Part shown: one piece after another, positions 1 through 13,206 of the stretch
Layout: each line of letters opens with the position of its first letter
Numbering within the stretch: position 1 is the first letter of the stretch
DNA from: Pseudovirgaria hyperparasitica
Taxonomy: Eukaryota
Direction: 5' to 3' (one strand)
NCBI GenBank assembly: GCA_010093815.1
Contig: ML996570.1
Length of the DNA stretch: 64,000 nucleotides
The notes under the pieces: generated by a model
Database searches by the model: none
The model's input: only the letters and a program-made list of their open reading frames with translations
What the model was told of the DNA's origin: nothing
Program-made: the position numbers and the translations under genes

Positions 1-844
1 TTCTTTCGAGAAGAACCTCGATATTGTTGCGGTGGCCCGTATTGATAGCCCAAAGCCAAGAAGCGGTGATCACAGGGGGTTTGGGACCTTTCAGCTGTAC
101 AAAGCTATCAGCGATCGCTTCCACGGTATCGGCGGCACACGTGTGAAGCTTGACTACGAGAACTTTGTGACGGCTTACGACTACCCCATAGACTTGTTCC
201 GGAACCAAGACAGTAACATTACGATGCCTCGTTTAAGAAACGTATCCCAACCAATTGTAGATCGAATGAGAAAGGACATCAGGGATATGATCATGATGTC
301 TGATCTGGACAGCTCGATGGTGTCGCATAATTGGCAGGCTACTACCGATATGATCGTTCAGAGATATTCATCTCCTTTGCGATACTTAATTTCGGACAAA
401 GTCGCAGCATCGAACGAGCTTTTACGGCATACATTAACTCAGTACTTACGATCTTTCATTGACGATGCCAACAGGGACAGGAAAGGAGAGGTCACGCGAT
501 GTGCAGCACATATGTTCCCAACAGAAACGTTGCGGGACAAGCGTCTAGCCTCTCGCTCTGTGTACGACGTGAGCAAGACCATCTGCAGTACTCTATTTGA
601 AGCCAGTGCACTCGCTGCGTCTAGATCAGACGCCGGACAAAGCAAGGCTGTTGACATAATTCGCACGCTTGTTGAATATCTACAATGGACGAGCTGGAAA
701 GAATGCACGACATGTGATGATGAGCACCTGTGCTTCATACCCATCTGGCCAATGGGCAGTATACAAGATCACCGGAATCCTAGTTGTCTCAATGAGACTA
801 TGCTTGCAACACGACACGGATACTGGGGTAGATGGCAAGGTTAA
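1..844 (+). CDS. 3' part of a conserved fungal hypothetical protein (truncated by window start)
   Basis: Open frame to TAA at 844. The Cys/Trp-rich C-terminus YLQWTSWKECTTCDDEHLCFIPIWPMG...P.C resembles an uncharacterised Pezizomycotina family. Function unknown. Confidence 0.7.
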   Translation, partial: SFEKNLDIVAVARIDSPKPRSGDHRGFGTFQLYKAISDRFHGIGGTRVKLDYENFVTAYDYPIDLFRNQDSNITMPRLRNVSQPIVDRMRKDIRDMIMMSDLDSSMVSHNWQATTDMIVQRYSSPLRYLISDKVAASNELLRHTLTQYLRSFIDDANRDRKGEVTRCAAHMFPTETLRDKRLASRSVYDVSKTICSTLFEASALAASRSDAGQSKAVDIIRTLVEYLQWTSWKECTTCDDEHLCFIPIWPMGSIQDHRNPSCLNETMLATRHGYWGRWQG

Positions 845-1260
845 GGTGTGTGGCCGATCATTGAGTTTTGCTCTCATAGAATATGGAGAGAAAACTCACC
901 CATAATCGATCACTGAATTTCAGTCTTCGCTCGAATGACGATTCTTGTTATCATGGCGCCTCGCTATGAAGCGGGACTCCTTCAGAAAGCTTTTCTCGGC
1001 GGTATATTTTGCGTTTGTTTGTGAAGAAGAGAACGGTGCCGTGGCCGACGCGCGAAAATATTTGTACTGGAAAGATCTTAGTGGATTACATAATCACTTT
1101 CGTACTCATTGGTGCCTTGTTCATGCCTTGATGCTCAAGACCCCACTGTTAGCGTTGAGCCCCTCCGCGCAATAATAGTCCTGGTCAGAATTTAAAAAAA
1201 TGATAACAGCTCACAATCATTGATATTGATGTGCATGATTACAACTCATTGACCAGCATC

Positions 1261-3333
1261 ATGGCTTCAAGAAGCGCGGATAAGATTGGTAAGCCCGTGT
1301 AGTCTATTGCTATAGTATAAATAAACTTACGAAGTGCCCTACGCAGCAATCATCTCGGTCTATGACAAGACTGGTCTTCTGGGTCAGTCAGCGAAGCATT
1401 CGGGCCCTACCGATCCAGAAGGTTGACCATTTCCTCACTAGATCTCGCAAAGGGCCTTCAAAAGAATGGAGTGCGTATGCTAGCTTCAGGTGGCACTGCG
1501 CGCATGATACGAGAGGCGAACTTTCCTGTAGAAGATGTCTCTGCCATCACGAAAGCGCCCGAGATGTTGGCCGGGCGAGTCAAAACTCTACATCCAGCGG
1601 TACATCTACTCCAGAGTACTGGACTCAACAACTAGTACACTGCTTACAATGACAGGTTCATGGTGGTATTCTCGCCACAGATTCGGAGAAAGACAAGGAG
1701 GACCTCGCACAACAGAACATCCAGAAGGTCGACTACGTTATCTGCAATCTATACCCATTCAAAGATACGGTTGCAAAGATCGGTGTCACAGTGAAAGAGG
1801 CTGTTGAAGAGATTGATATTGGGGGTGTCACTCTTCTTCGTGCCGCTGCAAAGAACCATGCGAGAGTCACCATCCTGACAGATCCCAACGTGAGTTATGT
1901 GCTAATAATAAACCACGTTACATACTAATCTAGGACTAGGACTACCATGGTTTCCTGCAAGAGCTAGAGAAGGGAGATATCACCGAGCACAATCGACAAC
2001 TCTACGCATTAAAGGCTTTCGAACACACGGCTGACTACGACAGTGCCATAGCAGGCTTCTTCCGCAAACAGTACGCATCCAACGGTATACAGCAGCTTCC
2101 TCTCAGGTATGGCACAAACCCGCATCAGAAGCCTGCATCAGCCTACACAAGCCTTCATGATCTTCCATTCAAAGTATTGAATGGTTCTCCCGGGTACGTC
2201 AATTTGCTTGACGCCCTTAACGCCTGGCCTCTGGTTAAGGAGCTCGATACTGCCCTGTCGCGTGCTGCTGCTGCTTCATTCAAGCACGTGAGCCCCGCCG
2301 GCGCCGCTATTGGGGTGCCGTTGAGCGACGTTGAGCGTAAGGTGTACATGGTCGATGATATCGACGGGATCGACACGTCCGTCCTGGCACAAGCGTACGC
2401 CCGTGCACGAGGAGCAGATCGCATGTCTTCCTTTGGAGATATGATCGCACTGTCCCGCGAGGTGGATGTTCCAACTGCCAAAATTATATCGAGAGAGGTA
2501 TCGGACGGTGTCGTTGCTCCTGCTTTCAATGCTGAAGCCCTCGAGATCCTAAAGAAGAAGAAGGGCGGCAAGTATTTGGTGCTCCAAATGGATCCTGACT
2601 ACGACCCCCCGACCCAAGAAACCAGATCCGTTTATGGAATTCAGCTTTCACAGCACCGTAACGATGCGCTAATCAAGCCTTCGGCATCGTTCGGTAGTAT
2701 TATCACACCAAAAGATGGTTCACTCTCTGAATCGGCCCTTCGAGACCTTACAGTAGCAACCATTGCACTCAAGTACACCCAGTCCAACTCAGTATCCTAT
2801 GCGCTCAATGGCCAGCTGATCGGTCTTGGTGCGGGTCAGCAGTCCCGAATTCATTGCACGCGATTAGCTGGTGATAAAGCCGACAACTGGTGGATGCGAT
2901 TTCACGAGAGAACACTTGGGTTGAAGTGGAAAAAGGGAACGAAAAGAGCAGACAAGAGCAATGCCATTGATCTTTTGACTAGCGGGCTAGTGCCGGAGTC
3001 GGGCATCGAGAGGGAGGACTTCGAGAAACATTTCGAGGAGTCTCCTACCCCTTTCACCGCAGCCGAGCGCAAAGAGTGGTTATCCAAATTGTCCGAAGTT
3101 GCATGCTCCAGCGATGCATTCGTAAGTTCTACCTTACCTTGGTACTGATTTGCCGCATCTCATTGACATATTAATAGTTCCCGTTCATTGACAACGTTTT
3201 CCGCGCTGCACGATCAGGCGTGAAATATGTTGCAGCACCCATGGGCTCACAGAATGATCACCCTGTCGTCGAGACTGCAGAGAAGCTTGGTATCACCTTC
3301 GTGGAGCAACATCTTCGACTGTTTCATCATTAG
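1261..3333 (+). CDS. ADE17: Bifunctional AICAR transformylase / IMP cyclohydrolase (PurH/ATIC), multi-exon
   Basis: Spliced N-terminus [27 protein letters not shown]. Motifs [85 protein letters not shown]; ends RLFHH-TAG at 3333. GT-AG introns include 1289-1346, 1890-1939 and 3122-3177. Confidence 0.97.
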
Positions 3334-3709
3334 TCACACCCATTCTTCATATTTCGCCTCATAGATTGGCGGAAGAAGATGAACCTCCCAACGAGCTTGT
3401 AGATAAACTACCAGAATTTTGATACCATAGATGTGAATATTGAATGCTTTAGAAGACGTGTTAAATATCGACGTCGTTGCGTGAACCATCCGGATTCTTG
3501 TCACGCAGAGCGTGTAACGACCACTCCATGTGACGTTGCTCTAGGTATATATCAGAACGGCGTCTGGCGCCAAGATTTGACTCACACGGTCGACTTTCTC
3601 GTCAAATTACTAACCCCACAGCCATCACCCCCACCAGAACCTCACAACATTCGAAAGCCCATCGCCATAGCAGGAGACTTGGACTGATATAATATACTCA
3701 ATCTACATC

Positions 3710-5312
3710 ATGGATTCGGATTCAGACAACCAATACGATGACAGGGGCCCGGAGTCAGAGGTGGAAGAGGAGGCGCCAAAACCCAAATCCGCGTTAAAAA
3801 AGAGTGCGCCTGTCCCAGCCGCTGTACAAAGGCCCGAGTTGCCAGAACAGCCGAATCCAGATACAGTAGACTTCAGTACTCTATCGCCCTTGTCTCCCGA
3901 GATTATATCGCGACAGGCGACCATAAACATCGGTACCATAGGGCACGTCGCCCACGGGAAATCGACTGTGGTAAAGGCTATCTCCGGAGTGCAGACTGTC
4001 AGGTTTAAGAATGAGTTGGAGCGGAATATCACGATTAAGCTTGGATATGCAAATGCGAAAGTCTACAAGTGTAACAACTCAGAGTGCCCACGGCCTACAT
4101 GCTTCAGAAGCTATAAGAGCGACAAGGAGGTCGATCCTCCTTGCGAGCGCGAAGGATGTTCAGGTAGATACGAGCTAATGCGCCATCTTTCGTAAGTCTT
4201 TCTCGGGAAATTCGTAGCAGCAACTAACTGAAATCATTAGTTTTGTCGATTGTCCCGGTCACGACATTCTCATGAGCACCATGTTATCAGGCGCCGCCGT
4301 TATGGACGCCGCTCTACTTCTCATTGCCGGAAACGAACCGTGTCCTCAGCCCCAGACTTCCGAACATTTGGCTGCTATCGAGATTATGAAGCTCAATAAT
4401 ATCGTCATATTACAGAACAAAGTTGACTTGATGAGGGAAGAGGGCGCCGATCAGCATTATCAGTCTATTCTCAAGTTTATTCGCGGCACTGTTGCGGACG
4501 GATCACCCATCATTCCAATATCTGCTCAGCTGAAGTTCAACATTGACGCGATCAACGAGCACCTCATCTCAAACATTCCGGTTCCAGTTCGTGATTTCAC
4601 TGCTAAGCCTCACATGATTGTCATTCGATCTTTCGATGTCAACAAGCCTGGCGCAGAGATCGAGGAGCTGAAAGGTGGTGTTGCTGGTGGCAGTATTCTG
4701 ACTGGTGTGCTCAAGGTCAATGACGAGATCGAAATCAGACCGGGCATTGTCACGAAGGATGAATCCGGCAAAGTGGTTTGCAAACCGATCTTTAGCAGGG
4801 TGGTTTCGCTCTTTGCAGAGCACAATGACTTGAAGTTTGCCGTTCCGGGTGGACTGATTGGTGTGGGAACACGCGTCGACCCTACGTTGTGCCGTGCAGA
4901 TCGTTTAGTAGGGTTCGTCCTTGGTCTCAAAGGCCATCTACCTTCCATTTACATTGAGCTGGAAGTCAACTACTTCCTTCTTCGACGTCTTCTTGGAGTG
5001 AAAACAGCCGATGGGAAGCAGGCTAAGGTCGCAAAACTGACCAAGAACGAAGTTCTTATGGTCAATATCGGCAGCACATCAGCAGGCGCTAAAGTCATGG
5101 CAATCAAAGCTGATGTTGCTCGTCTGAGCTTAACGAGTCCAGCATGTACTGAGATTGGGGAGAAGATTGCGCTTAGTCGAAGAATTGAGAAGCACTGGAG
5201 ACTTATAGGATGGGCCAACATTGTCGCGTACGTATCATTTGAATCACCTTTGCTACTGAACTCAACTAACCTAGACGGCAGTGGCTCCACACTTGAGCCG
5301 ACCGTTGATTGA
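3710..5312 (+). CDS. GCD11: Translation initiation factor eIF2 gamma subunit
   Basis: [20 protein letters not shown]-loop, [14 protein letters not shown], zinc-knuckle Cys residues, FVDCPGH across intron 4192-4240, [17 protein letters not shown]. Last intron 5228-5281. Confidence 0.98.
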
Positions 5313-6385
5313 AGACGATGAAGTGGGAATAGCGGTGACAAACGTTTGTGGCAGTGGCAGCTTCATAACGTGACGAAAGCACATGATGTCACGCTAAGCT
5401 TTTCAGATGTCTGGGGTATTTCGAGATCTTAGCGGCATCGTAGAGGAAGCTGAGTGCTTCGATAGAGACTCATAAAAGCGAGGGGCTGCCGGCATGGAGA
5501 GTAAGCGCAGCAGGCGTAGGTGGGATTTGCCGAGAAGTCCATTGTATGTATTTATACAAGATCATACTTCACCGTTTGCGCCCTTGACACTTGGCGTACC
5601 GTTGTACAGTCCTTGCAAGTAGCAATCGACAGACTTTCAGCGAAAGGAGACGAAATTGTTGGTGGTTCTGGCTCCTACAGCATACCTAATACCCAATGCG
5701 AGTGTGATCCGGGACCCGGCCCCTTGGCTCCGCAAGTCGGTCTCGGGGAATATCAACAAACTCCGAATGTCTCCTGGCGGCCCGAAGGCGTAGTAGGCGG
5801 CGCACGTATGAATTAAACATACGTAGTTTGTAGGTAGTTAACCGGTGTTAGAGCGCGTGCGTGTACCTAAGCAGACCGCCTGACCCTTGGATTATCACAT
5901 GCCTTCCGCCTCCCGCCTTCTCACAGCATCTGCAACTAGAGAACGTGCCACCATAGAGAGCCAGACAACTATAGGAAAAAGTGGGTTTGTTGGGATTGCC
6001 TCTACCCTCAAATAGATACAGTTCAAGCACAAGGCCTGTGAACCGCATCCATAACCCTGGAGAGACCTTTAAGCGGGCGGGGTAGTCGATGCTTTATTGG
6101 AGTACATAACACAGCTTGAGCTTCTCGGGACACGCGCTTCCACGAAACGAGTAACATCCCGGCGCTTGCTCTTGAGAACTTCAACCATAAACCCGGGCTT
6201 CTGCTTGCTAAACCAGAGCAACCGGTCTGCCCGCGGAAGCATTCATTACCTATACCTACTACGACCTCCCTTTACTCTCGCTCGTCTCCAAATTCCCCTC
6301 CTGTTCAACAGACAGCTCATTGTCGTGCCTGACGACGACCTACTACGCTTCCTTCTTCTCCGAACAAACCGTCCGTCGCCGCACG

Positions 6386-7572
6386 ATGGATGAGCCCCAA
6401 CTCTTCCGACCGCAGCCACGCCGGCCATTCAAGACCTCCATAGATACTCTCGGCAACCCGAGCTCGTCATCTCAGCAGGACAGCTTCGCAGCACAATTGG
6501 ACGAAAGACTCCGGCGCAGCCGTGGCTCTAGCATAAACGATAGCGACAGCCGTGCGCCGTCCCGGAACAGGAGTTTTCTAAACCTCACAGGCTCGACGCT
6601 ATTCGGCATATACTCTGGAAATGGTGGGGACGGAGAACAATCTGAGTCTGCAACGCCCTGGGGGACAGGCGCAGAGACTCCTGCGACTCCAGTCAAATGG
6701 GAGGGCTTTCGCATTCCAACTCCGAGCCTTCCTAGCTTTCCTTCAAGAGGAATAAGCCTGGATGGGACAAGAAGAGGTAACTATACCAGACCAAAGAGCT
6801 TCCCGGTGATGGTCGCAGAGATTCTCTCTAGAACAGCCGCGCTATTCGTGATCGGCCTGGCCTATGGGATCATTGTTGCACATGTGCACGAACACGGACA
6901 GCTACAGATTGCGCCTGTCCGTGTAGAGGAGTTGGACCACGGCAGTCTGAAAAACCTTTTGGCTTGGGGATTTGCAAGTGTTATTGTCGGGATGCTTTTC
7001 CCCTTGGTCGATACCATGTGGAACACAAGCCAAGGGTCGAATTTAACAGCCTCAGATAAACTAAAGCTCCTTAGACGTGAAGAGGAAGATCGGCTACGGA
7101 ATGGAGGGATGTTCGCTCAAGTTGTACGAGCTGTCGGTATATTCGTCGGCTTAGCGTTTGCTATAGTAAGTTGCCTGAAATGTACATCTTTACACGACTG
7201 CTAATATGCTCCCAGCGCAAACTTCCCTGGCGGTCCACGTTGCAGGTATCAGTGACACTCTCTATGGTTAACCCCGTCCTGTGGTACATCATCGATCGGA
7301 CATCACCGGGCTTCGTCATCTCCACCATACTCGCCCTCTCGGGTACCTGCACCTTGCTATTAACAAATCCGGGCGTCGTCCCAGCTTCGTCTTCCGCTCA
7401 AGACCACGTCACGTTTGCCAACGGTACGTCTCAAGCCTTGGGTCAGAGCGATTTGATAGCGGGCGCCCTGAGCTATGAATTTGTTGGTGTTGCAACATGG
7501 GTCAGCAGTGTCATATTCTGCAGCTGCATCGGGTTTGGAAATATTGGCAGAGCTTTGGCAGGCAAGCGTTGA
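6386..7572 (+). CDS. INSIG-family (Nsg1/Ins1-like) ER membrane protein
   Basis: Ser-rich N-terminus, then several TM helices with VRAVGIFVGLAFAI|RKLPW..LQ...L..VNPVLWYIIDRT..GF and a GFGNIGR C-terminus typical of fungal INSIG proteins. Intron about 7166-7215. Confidence 0.85.
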
Positions 7573-8305
7573 AGCATTTTACAAAACTGGCTGCCGATGT
7601 GGTATCAACTTCACACACGCATAAGTCGATACGATGGGAGCGTGCGGTCTGTAACAATATCACAGGCGAAAGTTGGGCGTTCTCGGCTGCATAGGGGCGG
7701 CGTTTTAGGCCCGGATGAATGCAGCACTCAACGTGCGAGATATGCTCATTTTTTGGGAGGAACCATTCTGTCCACAAATCAAATGTACATTATTCTTAAT
7801 TCTCCGCATTCATGGAATGAGGAAAACGGAAAAGCCCTTCTCTAGAATGCTGAAATGCGGGAATGTGACAATGCCAAGAGTTGTACAATCCTGGAGGCTA
7901 CCTTAGCCTTGTCTCAGTCATCTCTTATCCCTGTTCGCAGTCGTGGTCATGGATGGCTGTAGCTTCCCTTGACTTTGTTTCAGGAGCTCCCAAGAATTCA
8001 CATTCAACCCACGATCAGGCCAATTATCGCGTACTGTTCTTTCGTTCTTCCTCCGCGCCTCGACCTCTCATTCCTTGCGCCCTTCACCGACACGTCCACC
8101 CTATACAGCCGCCAATACACCTTGTAGATCGTTTCCCGACGGTTTCTCGCTATACGAATAGGTATTGCGTGCTTGGACGCGATTCTCACCTTCAGATTAC
8201 CTACGAGATATATTCATACATGACGCGCTGGACAATCGCAACAACTACAGTCCGTACACGAACATCGAGGGCGGGGACGGAAGAGTAAGCCTCGCGCGTT
8301 GATCC

Positions 8306-11197
8306 ATGCAGTCAGCTGCGAGAAATCAGACGGAGATACAGTCCCAGAGGACAAAGGTGGGCGCAAGTCGGACTTGAGCGTCGAAGAAGAAGGCTGACCT
8401 GATGCGCAGCTTACGAACTCGTATAAAGAGCTGCTGGAGTAAGATTATCCCCATCTGAACCTGGTCTTTGCCGAGACATGATGAATTTAGGATGCGCTCC
8501 GATGATTGTTTGGTCTGATACTAAGCTTCGTTTTGCAGTGAATTTTCTTCAAGCGACCTTCGCCATGTAGGAAACTATAGCTTGGGGCGACTCATAGGGA
8601 AGGGCTCGTTTGGCAAGGTGTACCTGGCACACCATAAGTTGACCAATGGCTCGAAGGTGCGAGATCATAAAGAGGCAAAAATGCTCTATACTAAGATTAC
8701 GTTTTCAGGTCGTGCTCAAGTCCGCAAAGAAAGATGATACCAACCTTGCTCGGGAAATACACCATCATCGCCAATTCCTACATCCACACATTGCGCGATT
8801 GTACGAGGTTATAGTCACTGAGAATCTGGTGTGGCTAGTGCTGGAATACTGTCCAGGTAGGAGATTCTCCCCCAAATACACACACGATGTGATTTGAACT
8901 GGCCCTGACAAGATTGGTTTTCTTCAGGCGATGAACTGTATAATTACCTCCTCAAGTCTGGGGCCATGGAACCGGTAAAGGTTCAGAAAATCTTCACACA
9001 GCTCGTAGGCGCAGTGTCGTATGTACACAACAAGTCCTGTGTACATCGAGACTTGAAACTGGAAAACATTCTACTGGACAAGCACGAAAATGTTAAGCTA
9101 GTCGACTTCGGGTTTACTCGCGAATATGAGGGCAAGGCGAGCTATCTTCAGACTTGGTGCGGTACGGTTTGTTATAGCGCCCCGGAGATGCTAAAAGGCG
9201 AGAAGTATGCGGGAGAGAAGGTGGATGTCTGGAGTTTGGGCATCATTCTGTACGCGTTGCTGGCCGGTGAACTACCATTCGATGAAGACGACGAGAGTGC
9301 CACCAAGGTGAAGATTCTCAAGGATGAGCCAAGCTATCCTGACACCTTCCCACCAGCAGCGAAGGATCTCATATCTCAGCTACTGTCCAAGAGACCTATC
9401 CTTCGACCCTCTCTAGCCGACATTCTCCAAAACCCTTGGCTGGCTGAGCATGCCCCTCAACAGCAGGCAATATTGAAGCTGCAACAACCGGCACCCTTTA
9501 CCACAGACATTGAAAAGGAAACCTTGCAGCGCATGCGAAGTGCTGGTGTAGATATCGACACGGTCATCGAGAATGTGCTCGCGCAGCGCTGTGACCCTAT
9601 GGCTGGCTGGTGGGCATTGCTGATAGAGAAGGAGGAAAGGAAAGCGAAGAGAAAAGAGAGAAAGCGTAGGGAACGAGAGGCGGAGGCGAAGAGCTTACGG
9701 CGCCTTAGTGCGGCCAGCAGTGCGCTTGATAGACTTGCGCCAACGATAAAAGAAGCAGATGAAGGCGAGCCTATGAGCCCGAGGGATGGTGCGCCCAGAA
9801 GTAGAGGCCGGAGTGCGAAGCGGAGAAGTGCCAATTGTATGTGTATATGTCTATGACTAGGTTATGTATTGCTAACGACTTCAGACGCATCTGCAACGGT
9901 GCCAGACTTACCCAAGCTGCCTGAAAAGAACACACTTACTCCTGAGACAGAGAGTGTTCCACCACCTCCCCCTCCTGTAGAAAAGGATGTAGTCCATTCC
10001 AGGGCATCGTCACGATCAAGACCGTTACCGCCACCAAAGGAGAACCGGAGGTCCCGTAGCTCAATGTTGAACGTGGTGCAGACAAATCCAGATCTTCTCT
10101 CCTCCAATGGTTACGTTCCGAAAAGGAGGCGGAAATATCAAGGGCCCTTCTTTGATCGATTCGCAGCTCTCCGAAATTGGTTTGACAAGGCCAAGAGTCG
10201 TTCTCCAGGGTCGAAGAACAAAACTTTGAATGCTTTGGCATCATCGGAGCAATCGAAGAACGGGTCTGACCTTGCGGCTCGCAGAAGGTCCGTGGCCCAA
10301 TCGAGTACTCCTCGCGTTGCAAACATTCCCAACCGACCCGACCTGTATAAGCGAACATCCTACCCTTCACGGCCAAGAATCACTACAGCTACTTCTTCTA
10401 CGTCGGTCCGTGCGCGACAGTCACTTTCCCCTTCTCCGATAACGCCCCGAGGCTCGTTTCGCCGTGCCTCTGGTCTACGAGGGCGTAAATCAACCTCCAG
10501 CTCCGTGTCGTCTATTCGGAGCCTCCACCACCATCAATATAGCCATTCAAAAGCTTCTTCAACGTCATCAGCATCCATAGCATCACCATCAGTTTCGGCC
10601 TCCGGCAAGCAATCTCGAGGATCCCCACATACATCTGTTAAAGTTCTTCCAGCTATCCCGACAGCATCGTCTACCTTCCCTTCCAACATCCGCCTGGTCC
10701 GTGGATCAAGTGAAGCACAGTCAGCTTTTGGTGGACTACCGCCTCCCTCTCCAGGTCTCATTTTCGCGAAACGGAAACGGAGCCCGTTCAAGGGGCCCAT
10801 GCTGAGTGTCAACACACATAATAGTCCGAGCTCGCTGCCGCATCATCACCATCGATCACATCACACGCGGGATGGTAGCGGTAGCCAGAACAGCCGCAGT
10901 GGTAGCATACAGGGCCGACGGTCTGGCGAGGTCATTCTAGAAGAGGAGGATGAGGAAGAGCCGCTTGGGAGTATGCCTCCAGGCAGAGCCAGTCTGCAAA
11001 GCATGCGAGAGATGGCCGAGGAAGAAGAACTAGAAGAAGACGAGGAAGAAGAGATTGAAGAAGTCGAAGTTTTTAGTCCTGTGGAGGCTGGCAGTACGGT
11101 CGAGATGCTGGTCGAGGAAGAGGGCGGGGAAGGGGAAGAGGAAGCATTGTCAAATGACGGTCCCACCAAAAGCAAGGGGAAGGACACCGCGCTATGA
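8306..11197 (+). CDS. Ser/Thr protein kinase, CAMK/AMPK-related group (S. pombe Ppk16-like), with long Ser/Arg-rich and acidic C-terminal tail
   Basis: Spliced GNYSLGRLIGKGSFGKVY, VVLK, HRDLKLEN, DFG, TWCGTVCYSAPE, DVWSLG. Several short 5' exons between 8306 and 8857. The exact first donor site is uncertain. Confidence 0.92.
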
Positions 11198-11360
11198 CTT
11201 GCGTGCTTTCATTTTTCTATTTATATTCTTACTCTAAATGATCTACAACACAGGACGACGCGGAACGATACCCCCTGGGAGAGAGAGTGTGTGTTGTTGT
11301 TAAATAGTTTTATTGATGTACCAGATTACCAAAATACCCCAAACCGCCTTCAGTCGACTC

Positions 11361-12624
11361 TCAGTCCACCACTCTCCTCAACTTCGTCCCCCAAGCCATC
11401 CTCTCGCCCGCATCCTGCTCACCCGACCCAGCGCCCCGAGATCGCCGCACGGCCTCCCCTCCTCTCTGCAACATCTCAACCTGGTAGGCATCCAAGTTGG
11501 CGAGCAGGTCTGCATCATCAGACTGGATAAGCACACGCGCAAGGTTCAGCGCATCTCGAATCGCCTGACAGCCGCCCTCGCCGCGAACTAATGGACATTG
11601 TCAGCATCAGCAATCCTCAAAACACAGGGGCACAAGAAGGAGGTAGTGGTAGTCCGGCAAACGTACAAGGCGTCATAGGATGCGCCGCATCCCCCATCAG
11701 CGTCACCCGCGTCCTCGGCATCCCCGGAATCACCGCATCGCGCAACACAAGCCGCGGCCGATGGATCCCCTCCTCGCCCGTAAGATGAATCAACCGCGTC
11801 AACTCCGGCTCAAACGCCGCCGCCATCTCCTTCGCAACACACAGCTGCTCCGCCGCCGACTGTTCTGCGTCAGGCGCGCTTTTCCCCGGCGCATCGATGA
11901 TCATGTCCCAGTAATACGCGCCTTCCGCCCCGTCGTCGGAGATACGGTCGAGCCCGACGAACAGGTGTGTGTTGGACGGCCCAAATGCAACGTACGCGGA
12001 GCGCGCGAGGGAGAGTTGGTGCGCGAGCTCGGTGCCGCGGACGCGGAGTTCGCCTGTGATGAGCGTTACCGGGACGAGGGACGGGTGTGTGTCGGGCAGG
12101 ATGTGGGCGCGGACTTTACTCCCGACGCCGTCTGCGCCGACAATAACACGGCCCGTGGCGTGTGTGCCGTCGGCGAAGTGTGCTGTTACGGATGCAGCAC
12201 CGGGTGCTTCGGAGATGGAGACGAGGTGTTTTGCGTATTCGACGGGGATGTGAGTGCGGAGCAGCTGTGTGAGTTTAGCGCGGTTTGCGCGGATGATTTT
12301 GTGCGAGGGCGTGCTTTCGACAATGTGTTTTGTGCCGGATGGGCTGTAGAGGGCCATTTGGGCGGTGTGTTGGGGGAGGGGGAGGAGGTGGTTTGTGGTG
12401 TCGAGGGAGGGGACGTCTGGGGGCATTGCGGTGGTGAGTTCGTCGAGCATGCTGTGGAGGGCGATGGCCCAGCCTTGGGGCCGGGCGGTGGGGGAGGCGT
12501 CGCGCTCGAAGATGCGGAAGGGGATGTTTTGCTTGCGGAGGGCTTGGGCGAGGGTGAGGCCTGCTAGGCCGGCGCCGATGATGAGGATGGGGAGGGTGGT
12601 GGTGGTGGTGGTGGTGTTGGACAT
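11361..12624 (-). CDS. FAD-dependent monooxygenase (salicylate hydroxylase / group A flavoprotein-like)
   Basis: IIGAGLAGL Rossmann motif, FERD, VGADGVGSKVR, TLMGDAAHPMTP|FRGEGGCQAIRDAL joined across intron 11666-11588. TGA at 11361. Confidence 0.92.
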
Positions 12625-13206
12625 GGTTGGGGATGAGGATTGGGGCTTTTGGTGGTTTGCTTTGTTATTTGTGTGTCTGTGGGTGGGTCGGGATGTGTGT
12701 GTAGGATTATGAGGTTTCTCAGAAGTTTTTATAACTATATGTACGACTATCACGTCACTGGGTGGCATCTCTGTGTGTCGGTGTCGGTGTGCTTTGCGAC
12801 GGAAAAAGATTGTTTGCCAAATGCCGAGAGCGAGATCATCACTTCGGCCTTGGGATGTTGTGCGAGGGAGCCTGGCTCTGCTTAGGCCATATCATATTGG
12901 TAGATAGCTCGCAACGCTCTTATGAGTCAGGTAATTACTACTCGTGTAGGCTGTGGCTTCGGTCATTGAAATGTCTTGCCAGAACGACCGAAAGGGGGTT
13001 GAAGTTGACGATAGAGAGCTGTGCCTTTATGTACGGCCTGAGACAGACGCGCTCAGTAGTTTTGAGACCGGAACCACAGCCTCACATTCTCCTCTGACTC
13101 TGACTCTGACTCTAACTCCTCCTTCAACTCAGCATCAGATGAAATGTAGTCAGACCTACTATTCCCGTAGTGGACTGCTCTCAAACTTCAACACACCGAT
13201 GCAACC

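Noticed and set aside
11680..12567. 295-aa + strand ORF
   Set aside because: Antisense shadow of the FAD monooxygenase; GC-rich skewed codons suppress stops.
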